Source: a virus
Taxonomy: Duplodnaviria; Caudoviricetes
Virus record (IMG/VR): IMGVR_UViG_3300035686_000003
Span: 64,001 to 128,000 of that record
Length of the DNA: 64,000 bases
Reading direction: 5' to 3' (one strand)
Positions 55,023 to 64,000 of the stretch are shown in pieces (the stretch's first letter is position 1; each line of letters opens with the position of its first letter). Made by a program: the position numbers and the translations under genes. The notes under the pieces were generated by a model. That model ran no database searches. It saw only the letters and a list, made by a program, of their open reading frames with translations, and had not been told where the DNA came from.

Positions 55023-55348
55023 ACAAGTACGTCGAAGAACACGACGATGAAGATGAAAGAGATGATACTCTTTTGTCAGCAACATCAACAATCGAGTCCC
55101 TGCTGATTCAGGCGCTAACGAACCAACTGAGTGCTATCGTTAACTCACAAGGTAGAGCTAAGGCTATCTCCTACGAGAATGCCTTTCGTCAAGCAGAAAC
55201 GTTGCGATCGCTGGCTCAGACAGCACTGATGTTGAGCGATTCTGATTCAGTGTACCTTCATGGTGCCAAGATTCAGGACTTCCTTAACAGAGCAATTCTC
55301 AGTCACACATTCCACACACAATCTACTTCCAATGAGTCTAACCCTTAA
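55019..55348 (+). CDS. Hypothetical protein
   Basis: ATGA-coupled ORF. Confidence 0.45.
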   Translation: MNKYVEEHDDEDERDDTLLSATSTIESLLIQALTNQLSAIVNSQGRAKAISYENAFRQAETLRSLAQTALMLSDSDSVYLHGAKIQDFLNRAILSHTFHTQSTSNESNP

Positions 55349-55514
55349 CCAAGAACTCGAAATCCAGAACTTTCGCCTACAGCTACAAAAGATGTCCCAT
55401 GAAGAAGCACAGCAGGTAGCTGTAGATTTATTTGTGCAGCTATTGCAACAACAGAATGCAATCAAGGAGATGTTCAAAGAGATAGCTCTTGGTGGAGGGC
55501 AGAGCTTCCAATGA
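55332..55514 (+). CDS. nblA: Phycobilisome degradation protein NblA
   Basis: MSLTLNQELEIQNFRLQLQKMSHEEAQQVAVDLFVQLLQQQNAIKEMFK matches L(S/T)LEQxF...MS.EQAQ..L..L..Q...EN..K. Confidence 0.85.
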   Translation: MSLTLNQELEIQNFRLQLQKMSHEEAQQVAVDLFVQLLQQQNAIKEMFKEIALGGGQSFQ

Positions 55515-55993
55515 TGTTGCCTGCGATCCAATACTGCAAGAAGTGTGGTGAATACAAGGAGTGGTGTGAGGAAAATTTTTACGTTGATTTTCGTACAGGT
55601 AAACTGGAATACCATTGCAAGCAATGTAGAAGAAAAGATTCTAGCAAAAGAAATAAAGCTAACCGTCAAACAGATCGGGGTTGGGCAAGGGATTTAGTCA
55701 ACAAAGCAAGAGAAAGAGCCAAACTTAAAGGCTTGCCTTGCGACATCACTGTTGAATGGATTTTGCTAAACACCCCACTACTCTGCCCTGTGCTGGGAAT
55801 TCCTTTGAAAAGAAATAAACTAGCCGTATCGGATAACTCTCCCACCCTTGACAGGATTAACAATTTGCTTGGTTACATCATCGGCAATGTCCAAATCATT
55901 TCCATGAAAGCAAATCGTGCCAAGAATAATCTTTCCTTTGAAGAAATAGAAAGATTGTACCTCTACTACCAAGAAAATAACGTCAGCGACTAA
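55511..55993 (+). CDS. His-Me finger (HNH/EndoVII-like) endonuclease
   Basis: CKKC/CKQC zinc sites, CPVLG, SPTLDRI....GY..GNV.IIS..AN..K. Confidence 0.8.
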   Translation: MMLPAIQYCKKCGEYKEWCEENFYVDFRTGKLEYHCKQCRRKDSSKRNKANRQTDRGWARDLVNKARERAKLKGLPCDITVEWILLNTPLLCPVLGIPLKRNKLAVSDNSPTLDRINNLLGYIIGNVQIISMKANRAKNNLSFEEIERLYLYYQENNVSD

Positions 55994-58900
55994 TGCCTCT
56001 ACCCACCCTTGTCCTCTCCCCAGAACTCACTGCCAGCAAGACCCTGCGATTCCAGACCAAAGAAACCCAGCTAGGGGACGGGTATGTGCAGACATGTGCT
56101 GTGGGTAAGAGTGATGGACTAGAGGAGTGGAGCGTCCGAAGTGATTGGCTCAATGATGCTGATATACAGATACTGATCAACCAGCTCAAATTCCTGCGAG
56201 GCTCAAAGCCTTTTGCGTGGCAACCAGAGGGTGCGGATAGGGGACGAGTGTACATTTGTGAACTCTTCGAGGTAGTGCAGCAGGGGCAACTACAGCAAAT
56301 CAATGCAACGTTTGTGGAGTTTTTGGAAGGCGAATGTGAGCCTTATAGGGGACAGCTGATAGCGGAAGACGAAATATTGGAACTGTTGGCTGCAAACAAG
56401 GGGTTTATTCATAGATTCACCAGAAACCAAAAACCTTTTTTAGTAAATACCTCTTTTTTACTCACCAACTCTTTCCAAGAAACTCTAGGAAGAGGAAATT
56501 ATTTTACCCAATTATCCGCCACTACTGAAGGACAGTTTGTTGCAATCCGAGCATCAATGTATGCCTATGAGCAAACGGGTGACACCTATTGGCGTGACGT
56601 AGCGATCGCAATGGCAAATGCTGCTATCTTTTATCTTTACCCTATTCAACCTTTTCCTCCGGTAAACTGGCAAACACTTGACGAAAACAATATTGTTGTT
56701 GCTCACTGGCTTTGTAATCTAGATCCCGTACCTAGTAAAGCGCCTGTAGCTGACGATCCGTTGAACAATGGTTACTTCAATCTAGTTGTAAATTTTGTCA
56801 ATGGTGTTGGGCAAATTCCTCATGGGGCACCCACTTTTGGAGAAAAACTGTCAAATGTTTATCGAGTAATTCCAATGAATGAAGAATTACTTTGGCAGAA
56901 TGTTTATGCGTTTCCGAGATACAATCCCCAGAGCTATTATGAGATCGACTATTGGGTAACAGACATTTCTTTAAAGGGTTTAATCCGTAGGTTCTATGCT
57001 GATGCTCAGCAGCCAGGTGGACGCCAACCACTGCCTACCAACGAACCTTTAGGGTTGGTTAAGTTGATTGTCCCTTATACAGGACAACTTAAGGTTACTT
57101 TTTCAACTTACACAGGCGCAATTATCCCAGTCAACGGCTTATATGAGCCATATCCTTGTTGGAGACTCTTGCGTCCTAAAGAGGCTCTAGCAGCCATTGA
57201 TACTTTAGCTTGGTCATGGGATGCGTACCGAAAGCTTTGGGAAAATACTGGTAATGAGTATTGGTATCGGTGTATGTATTACACAGCTTTGACAGAAGTG
57301 AGAGCTGCCCAAATAGAAAATTCTTCGGCTTGGTACAAGAAGTACGACGCACAAGACCCTTTTAGACATCCTGGAAGCCAAATTATTATAACTCCTGAAA
57401 ACGATAGTCGCACTTACGTTGCAACAAGAAACTATGGGGGAGACAAAAACCTTTGGCTTAAAGTAGATTTGACTGCTTCTAACAAATCTTTTCCAACCGT
57501 TGAGATTCAAAACTTTGCTGTTCAACCAGGAATAAATACAGATACTGTTGTCCAAGTAGAAGCCGCTTGTTCTCAAGCCACAACATTAGAAGTCGTATTA
57601 AGTTTATCTCAAAACGCTTTTGATTTTACAAAATATTATATTTGTCGAATGCCTGTACCCAGCGGCAACGTGCCCACGGTAGCAAACTTTACTTCAAGGG
57701 AGTTTGTAAAGTTTGAACCTAAAACAAATGTTTGGAACCCGTTCATTGCCGACAATCCAATTTACACCTACAAGGGAGATGATGGAGAGGTTACTGTAAC
57801 CCTAGTTAAGTCCTTAATCGATGGCGTTGCTAGAGATGTGTACGCAATTAACTTAAAAGCTAGAGGTGATTATGCTGGCGCAGGCTTTGTCACAAAAGGG
57901 ATAGCTCCTGATCTGGGTGGTGCCGCTCCTAATTTTCCTTTAAAACTATTCTACAGATTTGAAAGAGTAAACGATGGTGGTTGGCTTTACTTAACAGTTA
58001 ACGGCAAGAAATATGGAGTTTATCTCGAACAAACACAAGATTGGGCAATTCAAAGTTTAGAACCTTCAGATCTGGTAAATGACGATGATGAAGCTCCACC
58101 TTCAGATGGAAAAATTACCAACATTGAGGTTGAATGTAACGGAGACGACAGAGCTATCTTTTATGTTTGGTGGATAGGTTCAGCAGCAGAAGAATTACCA
58201 GCGTATGCTCAAACTTACAAAGCAGCTATAGTTTCTAAAGTTAAAACTGCTCACACTTTATGGTGTGGAAACTTTGAGGCTATAGGGGCACCTAGTAATG
58301 CCTTGCGTTATGTTCCAGGAGTGAATTTATTCACGGTAAATGTAGAGAATGGTGCAATTGACTCTTGGCGCGGATCTTGCGTGATGGCAGGTTACCAAGA
58401 CCCTTATCACCTCGTTAGAACAGAGCAATGGGAGCGCTTAGGTAATCAACTGCAATTTTTAGAAGACTCTCAAAATGCTTATCAACAAGCTAATCCTGAC
58501 AGAATCAATGGACTATTTTATCAAGGTTTTTTGCTGCAATTTTGGGACGCTGTTGATTTTGTAGACAATAGAGGCTACAACGTTTTTACGGAAAATACTA
58601 TCGATCCTAACTCTGAATGGTGTCAGTACTTTACTCGCCCATTGAAGTCAACAGCTTATGCATGGTATCTATTAGTTGAAAAAGGTATGGGCAAAACTAA
58701 ATATGCCAAGCAAGCAGAACGAATCGTGATGAGGTTTCTTGGCTTTCTCTTCACTTTTCATAGGAACAGAAACTCAAATCAACCCCCTACAAACATTAGA
58801 GTTGATAATGGCGCAAAGGTTCTTTATCACGAACCTTCTACCGCTGCTTTAACGCTTGCCGCCTCTATATTTGCTAACTTGGCTGGTGGCAATAGCCTGA

Positions 58901-59130
58901 TAACTTTCGGAATGATTAAGGGGATGTACGAATATATAAAATCTCAGAAGGTAACTGGCGGTTTGATGGATGGTTCTTTCTCTGCTGGACAACCGGAGTT
59001 TACAGTAGATGGTGTCGTTTATCGCGAATATTTCGGCTTTTGGAACTATGAGATAGTCGAATCGCTCTCGCTACTGCATAAATACCGAGAGCAAATTCGA
59101 CTACCTAATTGTAGTAGCCCTTTATTCTGA
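55993..59130 (+). CDS. Tail protein: gpM-like N-terminus fused to a putative glycoside hydrolase (GH8-like) region
   Basis: LGDGYVQ, G.KPFAW.P, INATF.E in aa 1-110; ATTEGQ, AAID...W and aromatic-rich beta inserts. Confidence 0.7.
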   Translation: MPLPTLVLSPELTASKTLRFQTKETQLGDGYVQTCAVGKSDGLEEWSVRSDWLNDADIQILINQLKFLRGSKPFAWQPEGADRGRVYICELFEVVQQGQLQQINATFVEFLEGECEPYRGQLIAEDEILELLAANKGFIHRFTRNQKPFLVNTSFLLTNSFQETLGRGNYFTQLSATTEGQFVAIRASMYAYEQTGDTYWRDVAIAMANAAIFYLYPIQPFPPVNWQTLDENNIVVAHWLCNLDPVPSKAPVADDPLNNGYFNLVVNFVNGVGQIPHGAPTFGEKLSNVYRVIPMNEELLWQNVYAFPRYNPQSYYEIDYWVTDISLKGLIRRFYADAQQPGGRQPLPTNEPLGLVKLIVPYTGQLKVTFSTYTGAIIPVNGLYEPYPCWRLLRPKEALAAIDTLAWSWDAYRKLWENTGNEYWYRCMYYTALTEVRAAQIENSSAWYKKYDAQDPFRHPGSQIIITPENDSRTYVATRNYGGDKNLWLKVDLTASNKSFPTVEIQNFAVQPGINTDTVVQVEAACSQATTLEVVLSLSQNAFDFTKYYICRMPVPSGNVPTVANFTSREFVKFEPKTNVWNPFIADNPIYTYKGDDGEVTVTLVKSLIDGVARDVYAINLKARGDYAGAGFVTKGIAPDLGGAAPNFPLKLFYRFERVNDGGWLYLTVNGKKYGVYLEQTQDWAIQSLEPSDLVNDDDEAPPSDGKITNIEVECNGDDRAIFYVWWIGSAAEELPAYAQTYKAAIVSKVKTAHTLWCGNFEAIGAPSNALRYVPGVNLFTVNVENGAIDSWRGSCVMAGYQDPYHLVRTEQWERLGNQLQFLEDSQNAYQQANPDRINGLFYQGFLLQFWDAVDFVDNRGYNVFTENTIDPNSEWCQYFTRPLKSTAYAWYLLVEKGMGKTKYAKQAERIVMRFLGFLFTFHRNRNSNQPPTNIRVDNGAKVLYHEPSTAALTLAASIFANLAGGNSLITFGMIKGMYEYIKSQKVTGGLMDGSFSAGQPEFTVDGVVYREYFGFWNYEIVESLSLLHKYREQIRLPNCSSPLF

Positions 59131-59916
59131 CAACCCGTACCAACTTGTTATATGTAGCCAACGTCTACGCAAGCAGATATCGTTAATTAATGCTACAGAT
59201 ACACCAAGTTCAACACTCATTTCTTTGCAAGTTAAGTGTTCCTGATTGTCTAGAATCCATTTAACATCATCTTCTGTTAGCTTTGAAGCGTTATGCTTGC
59301 TCCCTTGTTGAAAATTCCCACTATTGATTTTGCAAACTTTCAAAACTTCGATTGAGTGTCTTGTGTTCTCTAAAGGAGTTACCCATTCTAGATTGCTTAC
59401 ATAATTGTTGGAAGGATTGCCGTCAATGTGATTGACTTGGTGTTGAGGTGTTGGCGGGTCAGAGATAAAAGCAGTCGCAACAAGTCTGTGAACTAAATAT
59501 CGCTTAGCTTTTGGCATACCTTTTATCCAAAAACATACTCCCTGATACCCTTTTTTGTTGCTGGGCTTTAGGATTTTGTTGTTCTTGATGCTTCTAACGT
59601 TTCCAAAGCTAGACACTTCGTACTCTCCTTCGTAACCCTTGATATCTCGCCATTCCTCTGAAGAAACACTGCTTCGTTCCAGTTGCTCAGCCAACCTTTC
59701 TTTTTGAGTTTGCGTGATTATTTTTTGACGATAAAGAGCTTCTTCGATATTCCATCTTTTTTTGCAACAAATGCAATTGCCAGCATGACCAGTATTATTC
59801 TTTCTTCTCAGACTTTTCCCAATCGTCCCCCATTCGTGTCCTTTTGGATCTTTGCGACACAATCCCCCTAACACGTAGTTTTGTTCGTCAAATCTCGGAC
59901 AGTTTACGTAAGTCAT
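59122..59916 (-). CDS. NUMOD4-HNH homing endonuclease
   Basis: EEWRDIKGYEG.YEVSSFGNVRS, VHRLVA.AF, VNHIDGN..NN..SNLEWVT..EN..H. Confidence 0.92.
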   Translation of the reverse strand: MTYVNCPRFDEQNYVLGGLCRKDPKGHEWGTIGKSLRRKNNTGHAGNCICCKKRWNIEEALYRQKIITQTQKERLAEQLERSSVSSEEWRDIKGYEGEYEVSSFGNVRSIKNNKILKPSNKKGYQGVCFWIKGMPKAKRYLVHRLVATAFISDPPTPQHQVNHIDGNPSNNYVSNLEWVTPLENTRHSIEVLKVCKINSGNFQQGSKHNASKLTEDDVKWILDNQEHLTCKEMSVELGVSVALINDICLRRRWLHITSWYGLSE

Positions 59917-60002
59917 TTTTCTGCCAACTCCTGCTACGATCGCTAACTTTTGCTGGCAGATGCACCCCCCCCCCCAAAAAATCAGCTGTCAGTCTTCAGT
60001 GA

Positions 60003-60745
60003 TCACTGCCATCGGCTTGCGAAGCTACTGACTAGTAAAGCCTCCACTAAATCTCTAAACCCCTCAATCGTATCTACATCCCAGCGCTTGCAACGTTGGT
60101 CTGCAACTGTGTACTGAGGCGAATCTAATATAGCCTCTAGTTCGTCTACGGTCAATCTCTCCATCGTACTCAGTGATCTCACCCCTTGAGATCTTTCGTG
60201 AAGCTTGAGGGCATCCTCCTTTGATAATCCCTTCTCTGCCTGCACCCACCAATATGTTCCAGCACGAAGAAGTCTCAACGTATCACCAGGTAACCAGCAT
60301 CGGTAATATTCAACCTCTTCTGAGATAGCACCAAATTCAATGCCAAAGCAATCAAGAACCAGGTGCAGCTCCTGAACTACTTCGTCAGACGTGGCATACG
60401 ATTTCATCATTAGTCCTCCTTCAGTACTCTATTGCAATAACTATCGAGACACCTCTGTACAGTCGGATCAAAGTGACCTGACGCAATCATCCTAATCCTT
60501 TGTTTTCGCTCATCGGTAAGCCTATATTTCTCTGTAGCTGGCTTTGGTGTTGCGCCCGTCCAGAGATAGGAAAGAATCCAAGCTACTACTGCTAGTACAA
60601 CAGTGTCTTCCCCATCGGCTGCAAAACCTGCAAGCCGTTGAGTTAAATAATTTGCAGCTACAAAAGTTACAACTAATGAAAAATCAAGGCTTTGCATTTC
60701 TTGCTCGTACATAATCACTCTCCAAAGTAACGAATTGGTGGACAC
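60003..60745 (-). CDS. Two small hypothetical proteins (60003-60410; 60410-60745 is a membrane protein)
   Basis: Coupled ORFs in a minus-strand run. Confidence 0.45.
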
Positions 60746-61044
60746 ACATCATCTACATCTTGCAACGGTTGCCCCCTATAGTAGTCCTCTAGTGCGGCGA
60801 TCGCAACTGCTGCAACTTGAATCAACTCTACAGCGTAATTGTCACTGTCGCCTTCAAGGATGGCTCTGGCAACCTCACCTGTTTCCTCAGTTAATATCGC
60901 CAACCACAAGGAAGGCTTAAGATTCCGAGGCATTGCACCAAACTTTTTGTCTTGTCTTTCTCGTTCATCAATTACTTTCTTGATGACAAGTGCCCTGACT
61001 TGATTAGGGTCATTATAATTTATGGGGCTAGCAGGTTCAAGCAT
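60715..61044 (-). CDS. MazG-like family protein
   Basis: ERERQD.KFG, W.AIL.EE.GEVA, ELIQVAAVA. Confidence 0.75.
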   Translation of the reverse strand: MLEPASPINYNDPNQVRALVIKKVIDERERQDKKFGAMPRNLKPSLWLAILTEETGEVARAILEGDSDNYAVELIQVAAVAIAALEDYYRGQPLQDVDDVCPPIRYFGE

Positions 61045-63442
61045 TAGTTGTCGTTCTCCGTAATTGTTATAACAGAATTTAGATTGCCAATCATCTGATG
61101 TAGCTGGTGAAGATTGTTATTGCCACGAACTATTTCCGAGACGTAATAACTAACCTCATGATCTTCGTATCTTTCAATGATTTCGTCTTCATATTCTTGG
61201 TAGTAAAAGTCTACCTTTTGCATTGCTTCTAACAAAACGTTCCAGCCATCGAAGCAAGCATAATGTTCGGCACAGTAACGTAAATGTCTAACAGCCTTAA
61301 TAAATTCTTGCATCACTCTCCTCCCTCTTCCTTCAACGCCTCATGCAACTGTCGCCACATTTCTGTAGCTATAGCCTCGTCTGCTGGCTTTAGCACCCCA
61401 CACTTGATACTCCAAGATAAACATTGATAGAGGACTTCCCCTTGAGCATCACTGATAGCTTCCATGAAAGAAAGACAGCGGAAATTGTCTTCGTAATATT
61501 TCTTAGTTTTACTCACAGCTTATTGTACTCCTCGATTGCATTGCTAAATCCTTCAATGAACATAGAATCTCCAGTATTCTTGTTAACCACAACATAGTGG
61601 GCTACATCAGAATACGAAGGACTCACGACTACTTCCAACTGTTTACTATCGCAGCTAGCGAGAACTTTGATAGCACGACAGTCACGGAAATCTGACATCT
61701 TGACGGTGTGTTTCATAGCGTTAATCGAACCTCCGAAAAGAATAACGAGGCGGAAAAGGCATTGAGCGATCAAGATCAACAACGTAATTTACGTCAAATT
61801 CAGCTGCTAACACTACTAATGCATCAATGAAATCAGCATCAACGTGCTGGATTACCCTATCTCCTTTCATTGACACAGCACATAAATCTGGATACACCAC
61901 CTCAATATCCTCGATAACAATTGCATCGGGTTCATTGCGAGGCAAAATGAAATATTCTTCAAGACAGTTAAGCGCACTAACACCAATAGCAACCGCTAGT
62001 CCTACTGTTGGACAAATGCTACAAATAGCCAAGGTTCCAGCAGCAGTGATACAAGCGTAAGCCTTCTGTTCATGACTGCGACATTCGTACTCTTCCTGAG
62101 TTCTTAAACCTTTTTCGTACAACTTGTAATTGTATCCTCTGAGATCTACTATTTCATCTCTCAATGTCATCTTACTTCCTCCTTACAAAGCCCCGATTCT
62201 TTTTAAGTGTTGCTGATAAAACCATTCTATTTTGTCGTGATGTTCAAGCATATCAACATACGAACAATCTTCATCAATATAGTAACCGACCTTAAACTCA
62301 CTTTTGAGTTCTATTAAAGCGTCAACAAAATCACGATCTACATCTTCGATTAAGTCATCGTTCTTTGTTGCAATAATAAGCCATTGTGGGTAAACAACTC
62401 TGATATCTTCTATCGGAACACCCTGGACAATAGAAGGATCGTCCAATATTTCAGATATCGTATCTCTCAATGTCATCGTACTTCCTCAGTTACTTTTCTT
62501 ACTAATGTTGGCTGATGCACCCCTGAAAAATCAGTAGGGTTTCACAGCATGAATCATTGACATTGGAACTTCAATGAAATCACAACCATGACGACTGTAA
62601 CCTTCTACTTGAGGGTAGTGACTGAATGCTGCCTGCTTGCCAAAATATTTAGCTTGTTCCATTGATTCAGCCGTGTAGACGAGTATTCGACTAGCAAAAC
62701 CAACTTCGTGACTCGCCCAACAATAACCTGCGTACAACTTTAACATCTCAGATCCCTCCTACTTAAACTTCACTCTTAGTTGCGGCTTCAGCTCCGTATG
62801 GGAAGCCTCTAGCTCCTGTAGCTGCACTAATGCTGCCCTGCCCTTATCCGTATTGCTGAGGTAGGCAATCTTCTCCTCCAAAGCAGTTAGTTCCTCCGCA
62901 TTTCGTGCTTGGGCGATCGCAACCTCCTCCTTCACCACTTCCCTGAGTTCTAGTATCTCATCGGTTGGTACAACTGTAGGCACCATTGCCACAGAAGCAT
63001 AACCATCGTCACCAATCCAAACTTTTGTATCCTCCCGTTTACTCGACTTTCGCAACGCTAGAGCTTCTTTAGTAGCCCCAATTTGAAGGATGCGACACCA
63101 CCCCTGAAGTCCTTCGAGTTCCCTCTTGTGATGGATGTATTCCTCCAGTGGGCTTCGTTCTCTCATCGTAGTTTACCACGTTTCTAAGGTTTCTGCAAAT
63201 CGTTCTAACTCTTCTATTATACCGTTGAGCCTCGCAAGGGAAATCCTGCCGCTGACCAGCTCAGCAATGGTGGACTCTAGCTGAAGTCCGTACATTTGCT
63301 GTACTTCCATTTCTGAGAAGAAGCAATAGTAGGCTACACGAACTTGTGCGATCGCATCTTCGAGGTACGGTAGTCGGTCACGAGAGCAACAGGTAAGGGA
63401 ACGTTCCTTCAAAGTTCGTATGGCATTGATTAAAGTTTGCAT
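61044..63442 (-). CDS. Cluster of small hypothetical genes, including paralogs 61721-62170 and 62183-62476
   Basis: MTLRD.I, IEDI.VVYP, VD.DF.DAL shared; duplicated RBS/start DNA; tight packing. Confidence 0.55.
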
Positions 63443-63627
63443 GAGTAGATGTGGGATGAAGTTTAGTACACCAATCTACCACACAAAGGTTACTAGAATC
63501 TGGAAGCGCACCCACAAGTTCAACCATCTGTTCTTGTAGCGGCACCTAGCAGCTCCGTGAAGCCACACAAGTATCTTCGACAAGCAAATCATCATCTGAA
63601 CTTCCATCATCGGTTTTAGCGCGAAAA

Positions 63628-63978
63628 TTTGCGGCGTGGCAGGGGCGGAACTCTTGCTCCGGAGTTGTAACGGTATTTCGTGTGAGGATTGTTGATCTTG
63701 ATTTCGATGAACACGAGAATGTTTGTTCTTCCAGGGTCTTCGAGTCCCAGCGTGAGCAACCGAGATTCTTCCTTGCGCGACATCCTCTTGTAACCTCAAA
63801 ACCTGCTGTCCAACCCGCTTGCGAGATAGTTAGTCTTTTCTTAGTCTCTTTATATATAAGAGGAGTGGATCAATTTGATCCGGTCACTAGATCAATTTGA
63901 TCTTGTCATAACAAGTGGAGACTAGTCCAATTTGATCCGGTCTTCACAAAAACTCATCGTGGTGTTGCAAGAGTTTCG
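63628..63978. repeat. Non-coding origin-like element B (inverted copy of 2436-2790)
   Basis: CAATTTGATC(C/T)(G/T)GTC at 63871, 63893 and 63928; flanks GGGGCGGAACTCTTGC (63642) and GCAAGAGTTTCG (63967). Confidence 0.9.
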
Positions 63979-64000
63979 AGCTGCCCACACCACAAATCGC

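Noticed and set aside
1-64000. tRNA/rRNA genes, reverse transcriptase or DGR, integrase, capsid and portal genes
   Set aside because: No recognisable motifs found by eye; tRNAscan-SE and HMM searches would be needed to exclude them formally

Overview
64 kb from the interior of a large, probably temperate or plasmid-like siphovirus of a freshwater, likely filamentous, cyanobacterium. Host evidence: nblA, cyanobacterial-type thyX, at least 24 HIP1 GCGATCGC sites and heptamer-repeat hairpins. The window holds lambda-type tail-tip genes (tape measure, J, K, I, L and three M paralogs) scattered over both strands, and a gpA-like terminase with a class 3 intein. It has a self-contained replication and nucleotide module: DnaE, DnaB, an O-like initiator with internal iterons, SF1 helicase, NrdJ with a mini-intein, a PduO-like adenosyltransferase, ThyX and MazG. 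It also carries an endolysin, a C5 methylase, many homing-type nucleases and small RHH regulators. Most striking observations: (1) an unannotated 48-aa signal-peptide ORF ending PPRGGGRR that resembles the HetR-inhibiting morphogen PatX, divergent from a membrane/ATPase operon; (2) two non-coding ~350 bp copies of the initiator's internal origin, inverted 61 kb apart, each bracketed by a covarying inverted motif; (3) a Hint domain at the N-terminus of tail protein J plus an orphan duplicate of that N-terminus; (4) a candidate sRNA complementary to the helicase RBS. All calls come from motif reading by eye; no searches were run.
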